The notes beneath the pieces are model-generated. The model was not told the DNA's origin and searched no databases. It saw only the letters and a list, made by a program, of their open reading frames with translations. From positions 10,092 to 74,091 of IMG/VR virus record IMGVR_UViG_2933206877_000003: a stretch of 64,000 bases of DNA; one strand, 5' to 3'. This stretch comes from a virus. Its lineage: Duplodnaviria; Caudoviricetes. This document shows positions 29,451-38,199 of the stretch, piece by piece. Both the position numbers and the translations under genes were made by a program. The stretch's first letter is position 1. Each line of letters opens with the position of its first letter.

Positions 29451-30339
29451 GCTTCGCCGCCTCGGTGTACAAGTGGGCGCGCACCCGGCGCAGCCACGCC
29501 TCGGCGGCTGCTTCGTCGGGCTGGTCCGGCAGGACGGACCGGTTCTCGTTGAAGGCGGCCTCGTACTCGGCGAGCAGCGGGCGCGCGGCACTGGAGTCGG
29601 CGGCCACCTGCTCCCCGAAGTCGTGGTACTCCTGCGGGTCCGTGACGCGGATCGTGAGGTGCCCGGTGGTGTACAGCTCCAGGCCCTGGTGGCACAGACG
29701 CTTCAAGTGCCGGGCGTGCTTCGCCGTCCGCTTGCGAGTGTCCGCGGAGAACGAGCCGTCGCCGCGGTTCTCCAGGCGCCGGAACTGCTGGGTGGCGTAG
29801 CCGAGGTAGGCGTCCCGGACCCGCGTCGCGGAGAGGAACGACCGGCGGATGTCGATCAGCTCGTTCCCCAGGGGCGTACGCACCTCGTACAGTTCGGGCG
29901 GCAGCCACACCAGCTCCATCACGGTCGGGTTGCCTCCGAGGGCGAGCCGGCACCACTTCGCGGCTTCATGCAGGGTGCGGTCCGGGCCCGTGGTGACGTG
30001 GGACTCGGTGGGCCGGTGAAGGCCGTGCAGCTGCTCGGTGGGTACCGCATAGATGCCGAGCCGGTCGACGTCGGAGCCGGGCCGGGCGAGGCCGTACGCG
30101 GTCGAACCGACGATGCCGGACAGCAGGACCCCCGGAACGGCGAGCCTTGAGGGCACCGGCCGCGCCAGCTTCTCCGTCGCTGCGTCCGACTGATCGGGCG
30201 AAGGGTCGACCACGTTGTGCAGCTCGGCAAGGCGGGCGTCCCACCATCGGGCCAGCGACGTCCCGAAGGGAGGCGGCCCGGCCTTCACCCACTGTTCGTA
30301 CAGGGCGGCGGCGCGGTCGGGCGGCTGGCTGGCGGTCAC
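29443..30339 (-). CDS. Nucleotidyltransferase (RlaP/YcgL-like, Pol-beta superfamily)
   Basis: GSTAYGLARPGSDVDRLGIY, GNPTVMEL, KHARHLKRL. Confidence 0.88.
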   Translation of the reverse strand: MTASQPPDRAAALYEQWVKAGPPPFGTSLARWWDARLAELHNVVDPSPDQSDAATEKLARPVPSRLAVPGVLLSGIVGSTAYGLARPGSDVDRLGIYAVPTEQLHGLHRPTESHVTTGPDRTLHEAAKWCRLALGGNPTVMELVWLPPELYEVRTPLGNELIDIRRSFLSATRVRDAYLGYATQQFRRLENRGDGSFSADTRKRTAKHARHLKRLCHQGLELYTTGHLTIRVTDPQEYHDFGEQVAADSSAARPLLAEYEAAFNENRSVLPDQPDEAAAEAWLRRVRAHLYTEAAKRA

Positions 30340-30557
30340 AGTCGGCCTCCGTTCTGGTGCTGGGTGATGTGGGCGTTGGCGGCCGCCATGCAGGCCTGCC
30401 AGCCCGCGCGGTCGAGGGTGGCCGAGCGGCCGATGAGCAGCGGCACTCCCCCGCTGCCGCAGGGCCGGCAGGCGGCGGTCCAGGCGCGGCCGGCCGGTGC
30501 GGTGCTGAACCCGACGGGCGGGAAGTCGGCGGCGCTGACACGCAGGGGGGCGTTCAC
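30336..30557 (-). CDS. Hypothetical protein
   Basis: Overlap-coupled ORF. Confidence 0.5.
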   Translation of the reverse strand: MNAPLRVSAADFPPVGFSTAPAGRAWTAACRPCGSGGVPLLIGRSATLDRAGWQACMAAANAHITQHQNGGRL

Positions 30558-30793
30558 CGCTTCGGCTCCTGGCCTGCGGTCTTCCGCGGCTGCCCGAACT
30601 GGGTGGTCAGCTGGGCGGTGATGTCGGCCTCGGTGCGTCCGCCCATGAGCAGGATCTTCATGGGCTTCAGGCCGAGTTCGGCGAGCTGCACCACGATCGG
30701 CTCGTCGGCCATGAGGCGGGCCATGTTCTCGCCGGACAGCCCGAGGACCACGACGGCCTGTCCACTGGGCTCGCGCAGGATCGCTTTGATCAT
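30554..30793 (-). CDS. Hypothetical protein
   Basis: Overlap-coupled ORF. Confidence 0.65.
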   Translation of the reverse strand: MIKAILREPSGQAVVVLGLSGENMARLMADEPIVVQLAELGLKPMKILLMGGRTEADITAQLTTQFGQPRKTAGQEPKR

Positions 30794-31494
30794 TCGCCGA
30801 TCACCTCCGCGTCGTCGGCGAGCTGGAGGCCGGCGCGCTCACAGAACTCGGTGAGGTCCATGTCGCCGCCGTACTGCTCGCCGGTGTCGAAGATGGCGAT
30901 GCGCCCCTCGGGCGGCTGCGTCCACTGCTCGCTGTCCTCGGTGTCGTACGCGTCGACGGTGCCGATGCCGGACCGGTAGCGCAGGTAGAGGTACTGGCCT
31001 TCGACGGTCCAGGCGTTCCACTGCGAAGGGACGGCTGTGCAGGTACGCACGGCCCGGGCCAGGATCAGCGGAGCGTCGGGCCGCAGCGGCAGCAGCGTGC
31101 ACGCGTGCTCGATCCCCCCGGCGCACCGTACGCCGCGGCGGGTCGCGACGTGGAGGTGCTTGCCGGCCTTCACGGCCTGGTCGACGATCGCCGCGGTGAT
31201 GGCGGCCTTACCGGTGCGGCGCGGGTGCTCGACGAGGACCTGGCGTCCGGAGCCGAGCCTGAAGACGCGGCCGAAGTCCATCAGGGCGGCAACCGCAGGG
31301 TTCCGGGCCCACGTCTCGGCGCAGTCCCGGCAGGACACCAGGCCGAGGCCGCGCGTGCACACCGGCTGTCCGCCCTCGATGGCGTGGCGGTTGACCGGAT
31401 GGGCGCAGGCAGGGCACGGCGTCGGCTCGGGTGCCCGCCCACGCCGCTCTTGGGCCAAGGCGCGTTCGCGGTTCGGGTACGGGCGGTAGTTCAC
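30790..31494 (-). CDS. Hypothetical protein
   Basis: Overlap-coupled; CTAVPSQW...YLYLRYRSG domain. Confidence 0.65.
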   Translation of the reverse strand: MNYRPYPNRERALAQERRGRAPEPTPCPACAHPVNRHAIEGGQPVCTRGLGLVSCRDCAETWARNPAVAALMDFGRVFRLGSGRQVLVEHPRRTGKAAITAAIVDQAVKAGKHLHVATRRGVRCAGGIEHACTLLPLRPDAPLILARAVRTCTAVPSQWNAWTVEGQYLYLRYRSGIGTVDAYDTEDSEQWTQPPEGRIAIFDTGEQYGGDMDLTEFCERAGLQLADDAEVIGE

Positions 31495-31829
31495 GACTCG
31501 CCTCCGACGGGCCCGTACTTGCGCTGCCAGTCGTCGTCCTTCTGGCCCAGCCCGTACTCATGCAGGGTGCGGTCGCACACGACGGCGGTGAAGGCCTTGT
31601 CCAGTTGCTCGATCGTGTGCGCCATCGTCCGGGCGATGTTGCTCGGGTCGCTGGACCATTCGGTGTGCTGCGCCAGGTAGTCCAGGCCCTTGAGGCGTCG
31701 TTGGTGGTGGTAGAGGAACGCGTCGCACTGCCGGGCCAAGACTCCGACCAGGGTGGCGAAGTGCGCCGCCGGATCGTCTTCGACGTAGGTGCGGCCGGAC
31801 GCAGGGTGGGTGAAGCTGTTGTCAGGCAC
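31491..31829 (-). CDS. Hypothetical protein
   Basis: GGGAGG RBS. Confidence 0.6.
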   Translation of the reverse strand: MPDNSFTHPASGRTYVEDDPAAHFATLVGVLARQCDAFLYHHQRRLKGLDYLAQHTEWSSDPSNIARTMAHTIEQLDKAFTAVVCDRTLHEYGLGQKDDDWQRKYGPVGGES

Positions 31830-32259
31830 CCGGTGCCTCCCAGATGACGGTGATGGGCGCGCCATGTCCCTGGGCGACTTTCACGACACCCGGATTGATC
31901 CACATGACGGTCTTCATGGGCAGGTCGAGCGCCTTCAGCTTGAAGCCGGCCTTCTCGGCGGCATCGGCCAGGACGTCGTCGGGACCGTAGTCGACCCCGA
32001 TCGAGCGCATGTAGGAGCCGAAGTCCGGTGCCTCTGAGCGCCAGCTGTACTGCGCGATGTGCTGCTCGATCTCCTCGGCCAAGGCTTCACGGAAGGCCTC
32101 GATGTCGGCCTGGCTGCGCTGCCGGCGGACGAGAGCCGAGACCGAGTTGGCCGGAGTGCTCGACTCGGCGGCGCCGCGGCCCAGGTCGTGGCCCGGCGGC
32201 TCGGCGAGCGTCTTCGCCCACCAGTTGGCGGCGGCGACGGCTTCGGGACGTGGGCTCAC
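31822..32259 (-). CDS. Hypothetical protein
   Basis: AANWWA...VDYGPD..LADAA...LPMKTVM. Confidence 0.7.
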   Translation of the reverse strand: MSPRPEAVAAANWWAKTLAEPPGHDLGRGAAESSTPANSVSALVRRQRSQADIEAFREALAEEIEQHIAQYSWRSEAPDFGSYMRSIGVDYGPDDVLADAAEKAGFKLKALDLPMKTVMWINPGVVKVAQGHGAPITVIWEAPGA

Positions 32260-32876
32260 GCGGTGCGTCCTTTCGTGGGTACGGGCTTGATCGCGTTCAG
32301 GAAGCGGATGGTGGCGTCTACGACGTTGCCCGTGAGTCGGTCCCTCTGCGGGTCACCGAATGCGAGGTACTGCATGACCGGTTCCGCGGCCTCCGGCATC
32401 GACTCGTCGATGCGGGCGCTGCTGGCCATGTACCGTCCGCCGTCGGCGTCCACCGCAGTCATGCATCGCTGCTCGACGCGGCCGGGGATCTCCTGGAAGC
32501 GGGGCACCGATCCTCCGACTGCCTTGCGGCGCAGGGCTTCCTGAACGGCCGGCTCCGTGGACCCTCCGCTGATCGCGTAGGCCTCGTACCGAAAGGCGGC
32601 GCCGATCAGCCGTCCGACGCCTGGCCTGACGAGCGGGTGTGATCCGTCCGGATGGCGGGGCAGCTGGAGCGCGACAGCGGCCAGCGCGGCAACTGTGGTC
32701 GGTGGATGCCCGGGGGTCGCCCAGACCAGCTCCGGGACCGGCAGCTGAGCGAGGCTCGCGCCGCTGGTGGTCTCATGGATGGTGAACAGCGCCGGTTGCT
32801 CGTCCCACTCGCTTCGCGTACGCAGATGGTCGACAAGCTCGGTCTGCACCGCGTTGACTGTTGCCTGACTGATCAC
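32256..32876 (-). CDS. Hypothetical protein
   Basis: Overlap-coupled ORF. Confidence 0.6.
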   Translation of the reverse strand: MISQATVNAVQTELVDHLRTRSEWDEQPALFTIHETTSGASLAQLPVPELVWATPGHPPTTVAALAAVALQLPRHPDGSHPLVRPGVGRLIGAAFRYEAYAISGGSTEPAVQEALRRKAVGGSVPRFQEIPGRVEQRCMTAVDADGGRYMASSARIDESMPEAAEPVMQYLAFGDPQRDRLTGNVVDATIRFLNAIKPVPTKGRTA

Positions 32877-33397
32877 GACGTCCTTCCTCCCCTGTTGCGC
32901 TGGTCCTCGAAGTGATCAGCGAGCGAGCGGATCGCGGCGCGCGCCACGGCGACGTTCTGCTTCGGGTCGTCCGCCGCACCGCGGACGCCGCGAAGGACGG
33001 TGAGGGCCTGGCGAAGCGGCTCGTCGAGGACGAGTACGAGCGTGTCGCGGTCGCCGTCGCCAGGCGCCGGCGGTGTCTCGTCCGAACCGTCGCTCGTCTC
33101 GCCGGTGTCGCGCGCCGTCTCCTCGGCCGCCTCGGCTTCCTCGCGCTCGGCGGCCGCGATGTCGCGTCGCACCGTGTCCTTGGAGACGCCGAGCCTGTCA
33201 CCGATCTCCCGCAGCGACAGACTCTCGCGCGACAGTCTCAGCGCCTCGATGCGCCGTCGCGCGACGTCGAGCGGCTCGGACGGCGGCGGCTTCGGCGGCT
33301 CAGCGAGGCCCGGCCGTAGCGGTATCACCGGTGTCTCATGCGACGTCTCAGCGCCGTCTCGCGACTGGCGCGCGACGCTGCCTTGGGTGGTGTTCAC
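32873..33397 (-). CDS. HTH DNA-binding protein
   Basis: LSLREIGDRLGVSKDTVRRDI. Confidence 0.8.
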   Translation of the reverse strand: MNTTQGSVARQSRDGAETSHETPVIPLRPGLAEPPKPPPSEPLDVARRRIEALRLSRESLSLREIGDRLGVSKDTVRRDIAAAEREEAEAAEETARDTGETSDGSDETPPAPGDGDRDTLVLVLDEPLRQALTVLRGVRGAADDPKQNVAVARAAIRSLADHFEDQRNRGGRTS

Positions 33398-33648
33398 CGC
33401 TCCCCCTCGCTGCCGCGTCCGGTGTACGACGTCTCGGCGCCGTCGCGCGACGGCGTCTCACTCGTGGCCGGCCGGGCCGGCGCCGTCTTGTCGGTGGGAC
33501 AGAAGTCGCCGGCGGTGTCGCATCCCCAGCCGTGCCGCATGCGGGCCATCCGGCGGGCATGCGCGGCGTTCCGGGTCCGCTCCACAGTGACCTTGGCGCG
33601 GCAGCCCCGCCGGTCGCAGAACAGGGTGTGCGCGTAGCCGATCGCCAT
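33394..33648 (-). CDS. Small Zn-finger-like protein
   Basis: CDRRGC...GW...DFCP. Confidence 0.55.
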   Translation of the reverse strand: MAIGYAHTLFCDRRGCRAKVTVERTRNAAHARRMARMRHGWGCDTAGDFCPTDKTAPARPATSETPSRDGAETSYTGRGSEGER

Positions 33649-34505
33649 CACGTGCCTGCCTCTCCGGCCGCGATCCGTTGCGCGAGCGGCCACGCCTCGG
33701 CGAGCGGGAACCGGGTGTCTGTGCGCTCGGGCTCCCGAAGGTCCTGGCGCTCGTGGACGAAGCCGTGCACGCGGTGCCAGCGGCGGCCCTCACGGTCGCA
33801 GATGGCCCACCGGTCGCCGCTGGCAGTGCTACGGCGCAGCTGGAGAGGCAGCGCCGAGCCGGTGCACGGGATCTCGAAGACGGTCACGTGCGCCAGCAGT
33901 CCGGAGAAGTCGGGAGTGGGCTCGCCCGTGTGCGACTGGGGACCGCCGCTGGTGCCCTTCTCCCGTTCCGCGTCATCGGCCATGGCCTGGACGATGTCCC
34001 GGCAGTGGCGCCATGCGTCGGCGTACGAACCAGCGTTCAGCGTGCCCTTGAGGTGGTCGGGGAGCTGCATCGCGGCGAGCCGCTCGTCGACCTGGTGCAG
34101 CGTCGTGGTGCGGGCCGCATCGCGTTCCACCTGGGCGCCGAGGATGGCGACGAGCGCGTCCTGCAGCGCGGTCTGTCCCTGGCGAGCGCGCGCGGCGTAC
34201 CGGTCGGCGGCGCCGGCGAGCGAGAGGGCGCGGGTGCGGCACAGCTTCCACGCCGTGAGGTAGCGCTCGGCGCGGGCCTCGGCGTCGAGCAGGCGGCGCA
34301 GGACGGCGGCCGCGCGCTCGCCCATGTACGCGGCGAGGTTGAGGCAGTACCAGTCCTCGCTCTGGGTGGTGTGGTCGTGCTCGCGACGGCCCTGGACGGA
34401 CTTGCCGAACGATATGAGCAGACTCGCCCGGGCAGGCTGCGTGTCGCCGAGCTGGGCAGCGAGCGTGGCCCGCTGCTCGGCCGATAGTTCGTCCCGGGCG
34501 CTCAT
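33648..34505 (-). CDS. Hypothetical protein
   Basis: Coupled 285 aa ORF. Confidence 0.65.
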   Translation of the reverse strand: MSARDELSAEQRATLAAQLGDTQPARASLLISFGKSVQGRREHDHTTQSEDWYCLNLAAYMGERAAAVLRRLLDAEARAERYLTAWKLCRTRALSLAGAADRYAARARQGQTALQDALVAILGAQVERDAARTTTLHQVDERLAAMQLPDHLKGTLNAGSYADAWRHCRDIVQAMADDAEREKGTSGGPQSHTGEPTPDFSGLLAHVTVFEIPCTGSALPLQLRRSTASGDRWAICDREGRRWHRVHGFVHERQDLREPERTDTRFPLAEAWPLAQRIAAGEAGT

Positions 34506-34873
34506 CGGTGCTCACCGCGCTCGGCGTGGTCGAGGAGGAGCTGGGCGGCCTGCTTGGCGGACATCAGCCCGTTGCGGTCCCTGAGGGCCCGCTGGATCAG
34601 GGCCGCCTCGGCGGTGAGCCCGTGCTCCTCCAGCAGCCTGACGGTGTGCTTGGCGTGCATCCCGCGTTTCTGGACAGCCGCGCGCTGGATGAGACTGACG
34701 GCGGGACTGCGGTCGACTCGGGCCTGAATCCAGGCGGCAGTGCGTGACCGGTGGAAGTCGGTGCGCTCGCGGGTGCCGCCGTGGCTCATGCACGGCTGGC
34801 CGACGGCCGCGCCGCAGCCCTCCGGCGCGGGCGGGCAGGACACGGTGCGGGGTGTGTGCTCCGGCGTCGTCAT
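34502..34873 (-). CDS. Zn-finger protein
   Basis: VSCP....C.A..GQPC....FHRSR. Confidence 0.6.
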   Translation of the reverse strand: MTTPEHTPRTVSCPPAPEGCGAAVGQPCMSHGGTRERTDFHRSRTAAWIQARVDRSPAVSLIQRAAVQKRGMHAKHTVRLLEEHGLTAEAALIQRALRDRNGLMSAKQAAQLLLDHAERGEHR

Positions 34874-35136
34874 GTGTCGTCGCCTCCCTTGCGGCGCGGC
34901 TTGTAGACGCCGGCCACCTCCTGCCAGGCCTTGTAGTCGTCGAGGGGCATGCCGCCTTCGTCGTGCGAGTTGTCGTTGAGGGCGGTGGCGGCGGCGGTGG
35001 CCAGCAGGGCGTGGCCGATGGCCTCGGTGGCCAGTGCCTGTCCGGTGACCGGGTCTGCGCCGTCGCCGTAGGTGTAGTGGTGGGCGCGCGCGAGCAGCTG
35101 CTCGGCCTCCCGGTAGTGCTCGGGTCCATGGGCCAT
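34870..35136 (-). CDS. Hypothetical protein
   Basis: GPEHYREAEQLL...HALLA pattern. Confidence 0.7.
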   Translation of the reverse strand: MAHGPEHYREAEQLLARAHHYTYGDGADPVTGQALATEAIGHALLATAAATALNDNSHDEGGMPLDDYKAWQEVAGVYKPRRKGGDDT

Positions 35137-35711
35137 CAGCCCTCGGCTCCCTTCACGGTGTCAGAGCCGAGCTGGGCGGCCCAGTCGGCGAGGATGGTGA
35201 AGTCGTGGTCGGTGAGGCCCTTGCACGGGTCGACCCAGTGCAACAAGGCGGGGCCCGGGTGGTGCTCGGCGACGTAGGCCCGGTCGATGTCGCCGTGCTG
35301 GTCGTCGACCCAGGCGAACGGCCGGCCGGCCGCGTACTCGACGATGCGGTGCGTCTTGACGTACGTCCCGTCCGCGCGGTGGGCGAACTGGCTGCCGAAC
35401 TCGATGACCGGAAAGTTCTGCGCACGCGGGAGACCGATGCGCCAGCCGATCCACTCGTTGGCGTCGTGCTCCCACGTGGTGGCCCAGACCAGCTCGAACG
35501 GCAGGCTTAGGAGTGCCGCGCCGTGGGCCGGGTTGAGCCACACGCGCAGGGGCTTCACCAGGTGCTCGGGTACGCCGTGGTGCTGGGCAACCCAGGTGTC
35601 CGGCTTCATCCGGTGCGTCCGGTAGCCGGCGGGACGCCGGTGGGGCGGTGCACCGAACGGGTTCAGCGGCCCGTCCACGTCCAGCAGGAGCAGTGGCGCC
35701 GCGCTCGTCAC
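35136..35711 (-). CDS. HAD-family protein (Swiss Army Knife RNA-repair-type HAD)
   Basis: LLLDVDGPLNP, VWATTW, FAWVDD. Confidence 0.8.
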   Translation of the reverse strand: MTSAAPLLLLDVDGPLNPFGAPPHRRPAGYRTHRMKPDTWVAQHHGVPEHLVKPLRVWLNPAHGAALLSLPFELVWATTWEHDANEWIGWRIGLPRAQNFPVIEFGSQFAHRADGTYVKTHRIVEYAAGRPFAWVDDQHGDIDRAYVAEHHPGPALLHWVDPCKGLTDHDFTILADWAAQLGSDTVKGAEG

Positions 35712-36253
35712 TGTCCGGTGTCCTCTCGCGGCGTGCACCGGGGCGCGCCCGGGCACGGGCCGAAGCCGTCGTGCTGCGAGCACTGGAACTGCGACGGGTA
35801 GGGGCCGCCGCCCTCGGCCGGGTCGATGTGCGCGGATGCGAATGCCCAGGCCTGGTCCCGCTCCTTCGTGCGGTACTCGGTCATCAGGTCCTCGGCCGCC
35901 TCATGCGCGGCCGCGCCACCGATGGCCTGCTGGTAGAGCAGCACCCTGTCCTCGGCAAGGATCCGGCGCAGGTGCTGGTCAACCTCGGCCGGTGTGGCGT
36001 CGAAGCGTCCCGGGAGGGCGACAGGCTCGGTGGGCGGCCGGGCGGTGGCGGCCCGTGCGATCCAGGACGCGATTACGGCGACCGTGGACCACTCCCAGTG
36101 GGACAGCCAGTCGATGATGACGCCGTCGTACTCCCCCAGGTCGACGCCGGCGGCGGCGAGCGTGTCCCGGAGGAGTGTCGCCTGCTCCTCCCCGTACCGG
36201 AAGCCGGCGGGCGGCTTCTCGACGGGGCCGGCCGGTATCTCTGTGGTGGTCAT
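35708..36253 (-). CDS. Hypothetical protein
   Basis: GVDLGEYD..II.WL..WE pattern. Confidence 0.65.
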   Translation of the reverse strand: MTTTEIPAGPVEKPPAGFRYGEEQATLLRDTLAAAGVDLGEYDGVIIDWLSHWEWSTVAVIASWIARAATARPPTEPVALPGRFDATPAEVDQHLRRILAEDRVLLYQQAIGGAAAHEAAEDLMTEYRTKERDQAWAFASAHIDPAEGGGPYPSQFQCSQHDGFGPCPGAPRCTPREDTGQ

Positions 36254-36465
36254 GATGGTCCTTCCATGTCTCGCGGGTGGGGTGCGCCGTCGCTCTTGCC
36301 GGGCCAGTCGTGCGCCTTCGGGGCGCCGCACCAGCCCTGTTCGCCGCTGCCGAGCGTCGGGAGGGTCTCGGGCTGGCTTCGGTCGGCGGCGGCGCGGCGG
36401 CGCCACTTCGCGGCCGAAGAGTTCTCGGCGGCGCGAAGAGCGCGGATGCGCTTCGGGTTGGCCAT
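36250..36465 (-). CDS. Small basic hypothetical protein
   Basis: Fills gap, ATGA overlap. Confidence 0.5.
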   Translation of the reverse strand: MANPKRIRALRAAENSSAAKWRRRAAADRSQPETLPTLGSGEQGWCGAPKAHDWPGKSDGAPHPRDMEGPS

Positions 36466-36466
36466 G

Positions 36467-36844
36467 TCAGTCGTCGAAGCCGGGCAGCCCGCGCGTGTTG
36501 AGGCCCAGCGGGCTTGCGGCGGCGTGCGCATGGTCCAGAGCGGCGCCGAGCAGCTTTGCGGCGGCCTCGGCATTGGCCAGGGCGGTGCGCAGGTGCTCGA
36601 CCGCATGGCCCGGGGTGCCGCCCCCGTCGACGGTGACGCGGCCCTCTCCGTGCGTGCGCTGCACGGGCCGCATGGACTGCTCGATAGCCTGCGGCAGCAT
36701 CCGCACCAGGTAAGCGAGGGATCCAATCGCGTCGTACGCGTGCGGCGGGTACTGCCAGCCGTCGCCGGTGTTGATGGTGTCGTGGTTGAAGGCACGAACC
36801 AGGTCACCGGCCTTGGACATGGTGTGTCCCGGCGTAGTGCTCAT
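36467..36844 (-). CDS. Hypothetical protein
   Basis: VRAFNH.T pattern, AGGAGA RBS. Confidence 0.65.
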   Translation of the reverse strand: MSTTPGHTMSKAGDLVRAFNHDTINTGDGWQYPPHAYDAIGSLAYLVRMLPQAIEQSMRPVQRTHGEGRVTVDGGGTPGHAVEHLRTALANAEAAAKLLGAALDHAHAAASPLGLNTRGLPGFDD

Positions 36845-37473
36845 GAGGGTGTCTCTCCTGGAATCTCGAGTAGGGATTCGACGGCGCGTACGGCTTCGAG
36901 GTCGAGGACCTGGCGCAGGAGCGCCGCCTGTTCGTCGGTGAGGCGGGGCCGGGCTGCGGCGCGCACGGGGCGCTTCATCAGCACGGGCACGTCGAGGCGG
37001 ATGCCGAGCACGGCGCCGTCGGGGCCGTAGGCGATCTCGTAGCCGGACGGGGTGATGTACCAGGCTTCGTACGCCTCGGCGGGCTTTCCGGCGCGCGATG
37101 CCTGCACGGCGACCAGGGCGGCCACGGCGGCGGGCAGCGTCGTCCGGTACCGGTCCATCGAGCCGTTCAGCATCGGGCAGACGGCGACGGCGTAGTCCAG
37201 GCACTCGGGGTGCATGCCGGGCTCGTCGACGTAGCCGACGCCGGCGTCCGCCGGGCGCACGACCAGCCCGATGCGGCGGCCGAGCGGCTGGCGGCAGAAC
37301 TGGCAGGCCCGGTGCGTGATGCACTGGATTCGGCGGATCGGGAAGTTGATCCCGAAGGACGGGCGGCCGTCGAACCAACCAGTGATCCACGGGACGGCCA
37401 GGCCGCCGCGGCGCGGCAGGGCTGCGGCACGCGCGGGCGGTCGGACCGCTCGTGAGCGGCGGGGCTTCGGCAT
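36841..37473 (-). CDS. Cys/His-containing hypothetical protein
   Basis: GLAVPWI..CQFC...MHPEC.....CP. Confidence 0.7.
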   Translation of the reverse strand: MPKPRRSRAVRPPARAAALPRRGGLAVPWITGWFDGRPSFGINFPIRRIQCITHRACQFCRQPLGRRIGLVVRPADAGVGYVDEPGMHPECLDYAVAVCPMLNGSMDRYRTTLPAAVAALVAVQASRAGKPAEAYEAWYITPSGYEIAYGPDGAVLGIRLDVPVLMKRPVRAAARPRLTDEQAALLRQVLDLEAVRAVESLLEIPGETPS

Positions 37474-37568
37474 GGTGGGATCTCCAGGTGGGGCCCCGGC
37501 GGCGGGAAGCGCGCGCCAGCGCGCCGAAGCGCGGGTCGCGTGTCCGGCCGCCCGGGCGGTCTAGCCGG

Positions 37569-37997
37569 TCAGCTCTCGGCGATCTCACGGAGGCGGTGCA
37601 GCGCCGTGGAGGCGTCGGCGTAGAAGAACGTCTCGCCGGGCTTGAGACCGAGGACCTCTGCCCCAACCTGGGCGATCAGGCGGCGCTCCTCGCCCTTCTG
37701 CGCGAACGTGCGCACGGTGACCGTCTCATCGGTGCCATCGGGCTGTCGCACCAGGACTTGCGTCCTGCTGTCGTCGTCGAGGGCGACGATGGTCCAGCCC
37801 GCCGCGCGGGCAGCCCATCCGGCGGCGCACAGCGTCGTCCCACATTCGGGCTCGGCGTCCGGAGGCAGCTGTCCAGCGTCGGGGAAGTAGACCCAGTCCT
37901 CCATGTCGAAGGCGTGGGGCTGTGCTTCGATCGCGTCGAGGACTGCCGACGCGACGGCGGCGGGCGTGGCGGGGTACTTCGTGACCGTGTCGGTCAT
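37569..37997 (-). CDS. Hypothetical protein
   Basis: CGTTLCAAGWA motif, GGAG RBS. Confidence 0.7.
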   Translation of the reverse strand: MTDTVTKYPATPAAVASAVLDAIEAQPHAFDMEDWVYFPDAGQLPPDAEPECGTTLCAAGWAARAAGWTIVALDDDSRTQVLVRQPDGTDETVTVRTFAQKGEERRLIAQVGAEVLGLKPGETFFYADASTALHRLREIAES

Positions 37998-38029
37998 GGC
38001 AACTCCATTACCGTGGAGAGGCGTTGGAG

Positions 38030-38102
38030 TGGTGCTGGCGGGACTCGAACCCGCGACCCAGGACTTATAAGATCCGCGCTCTGCCAACTGAGCTACAGCA
38101 CC
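38030..38102 (-). tRNA. tRNA with UAU anticodon (nominal Ile, reads AUA); CCA not encoded
   Basis: Cloverleaf GGTGCTG-TA-GCTC-AGTTGGCA-GAGC-G-CGGAT-CTTATAA-GTCCT-GGGTC-GCGGG-TTCGAGT-CCCGC-CAGCACC-A. Confidence 0.88.
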
Positions 38103-38199
38103 GTGTTATTGAGTTGTGGGGTGGGCCGCGCCTCGCAGAGCGGGGCGGGAGCGCGGGGCGCGGCCCTGGCGGCGGTAGATCGCTACGGCCGCCGGTCTG

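Noticed and set aside
31190-31230. PRRTGK as a terminase-like Walker A motif
   Set aside because: No Walker B or ATPase-length domain; likely a fragment or chance match
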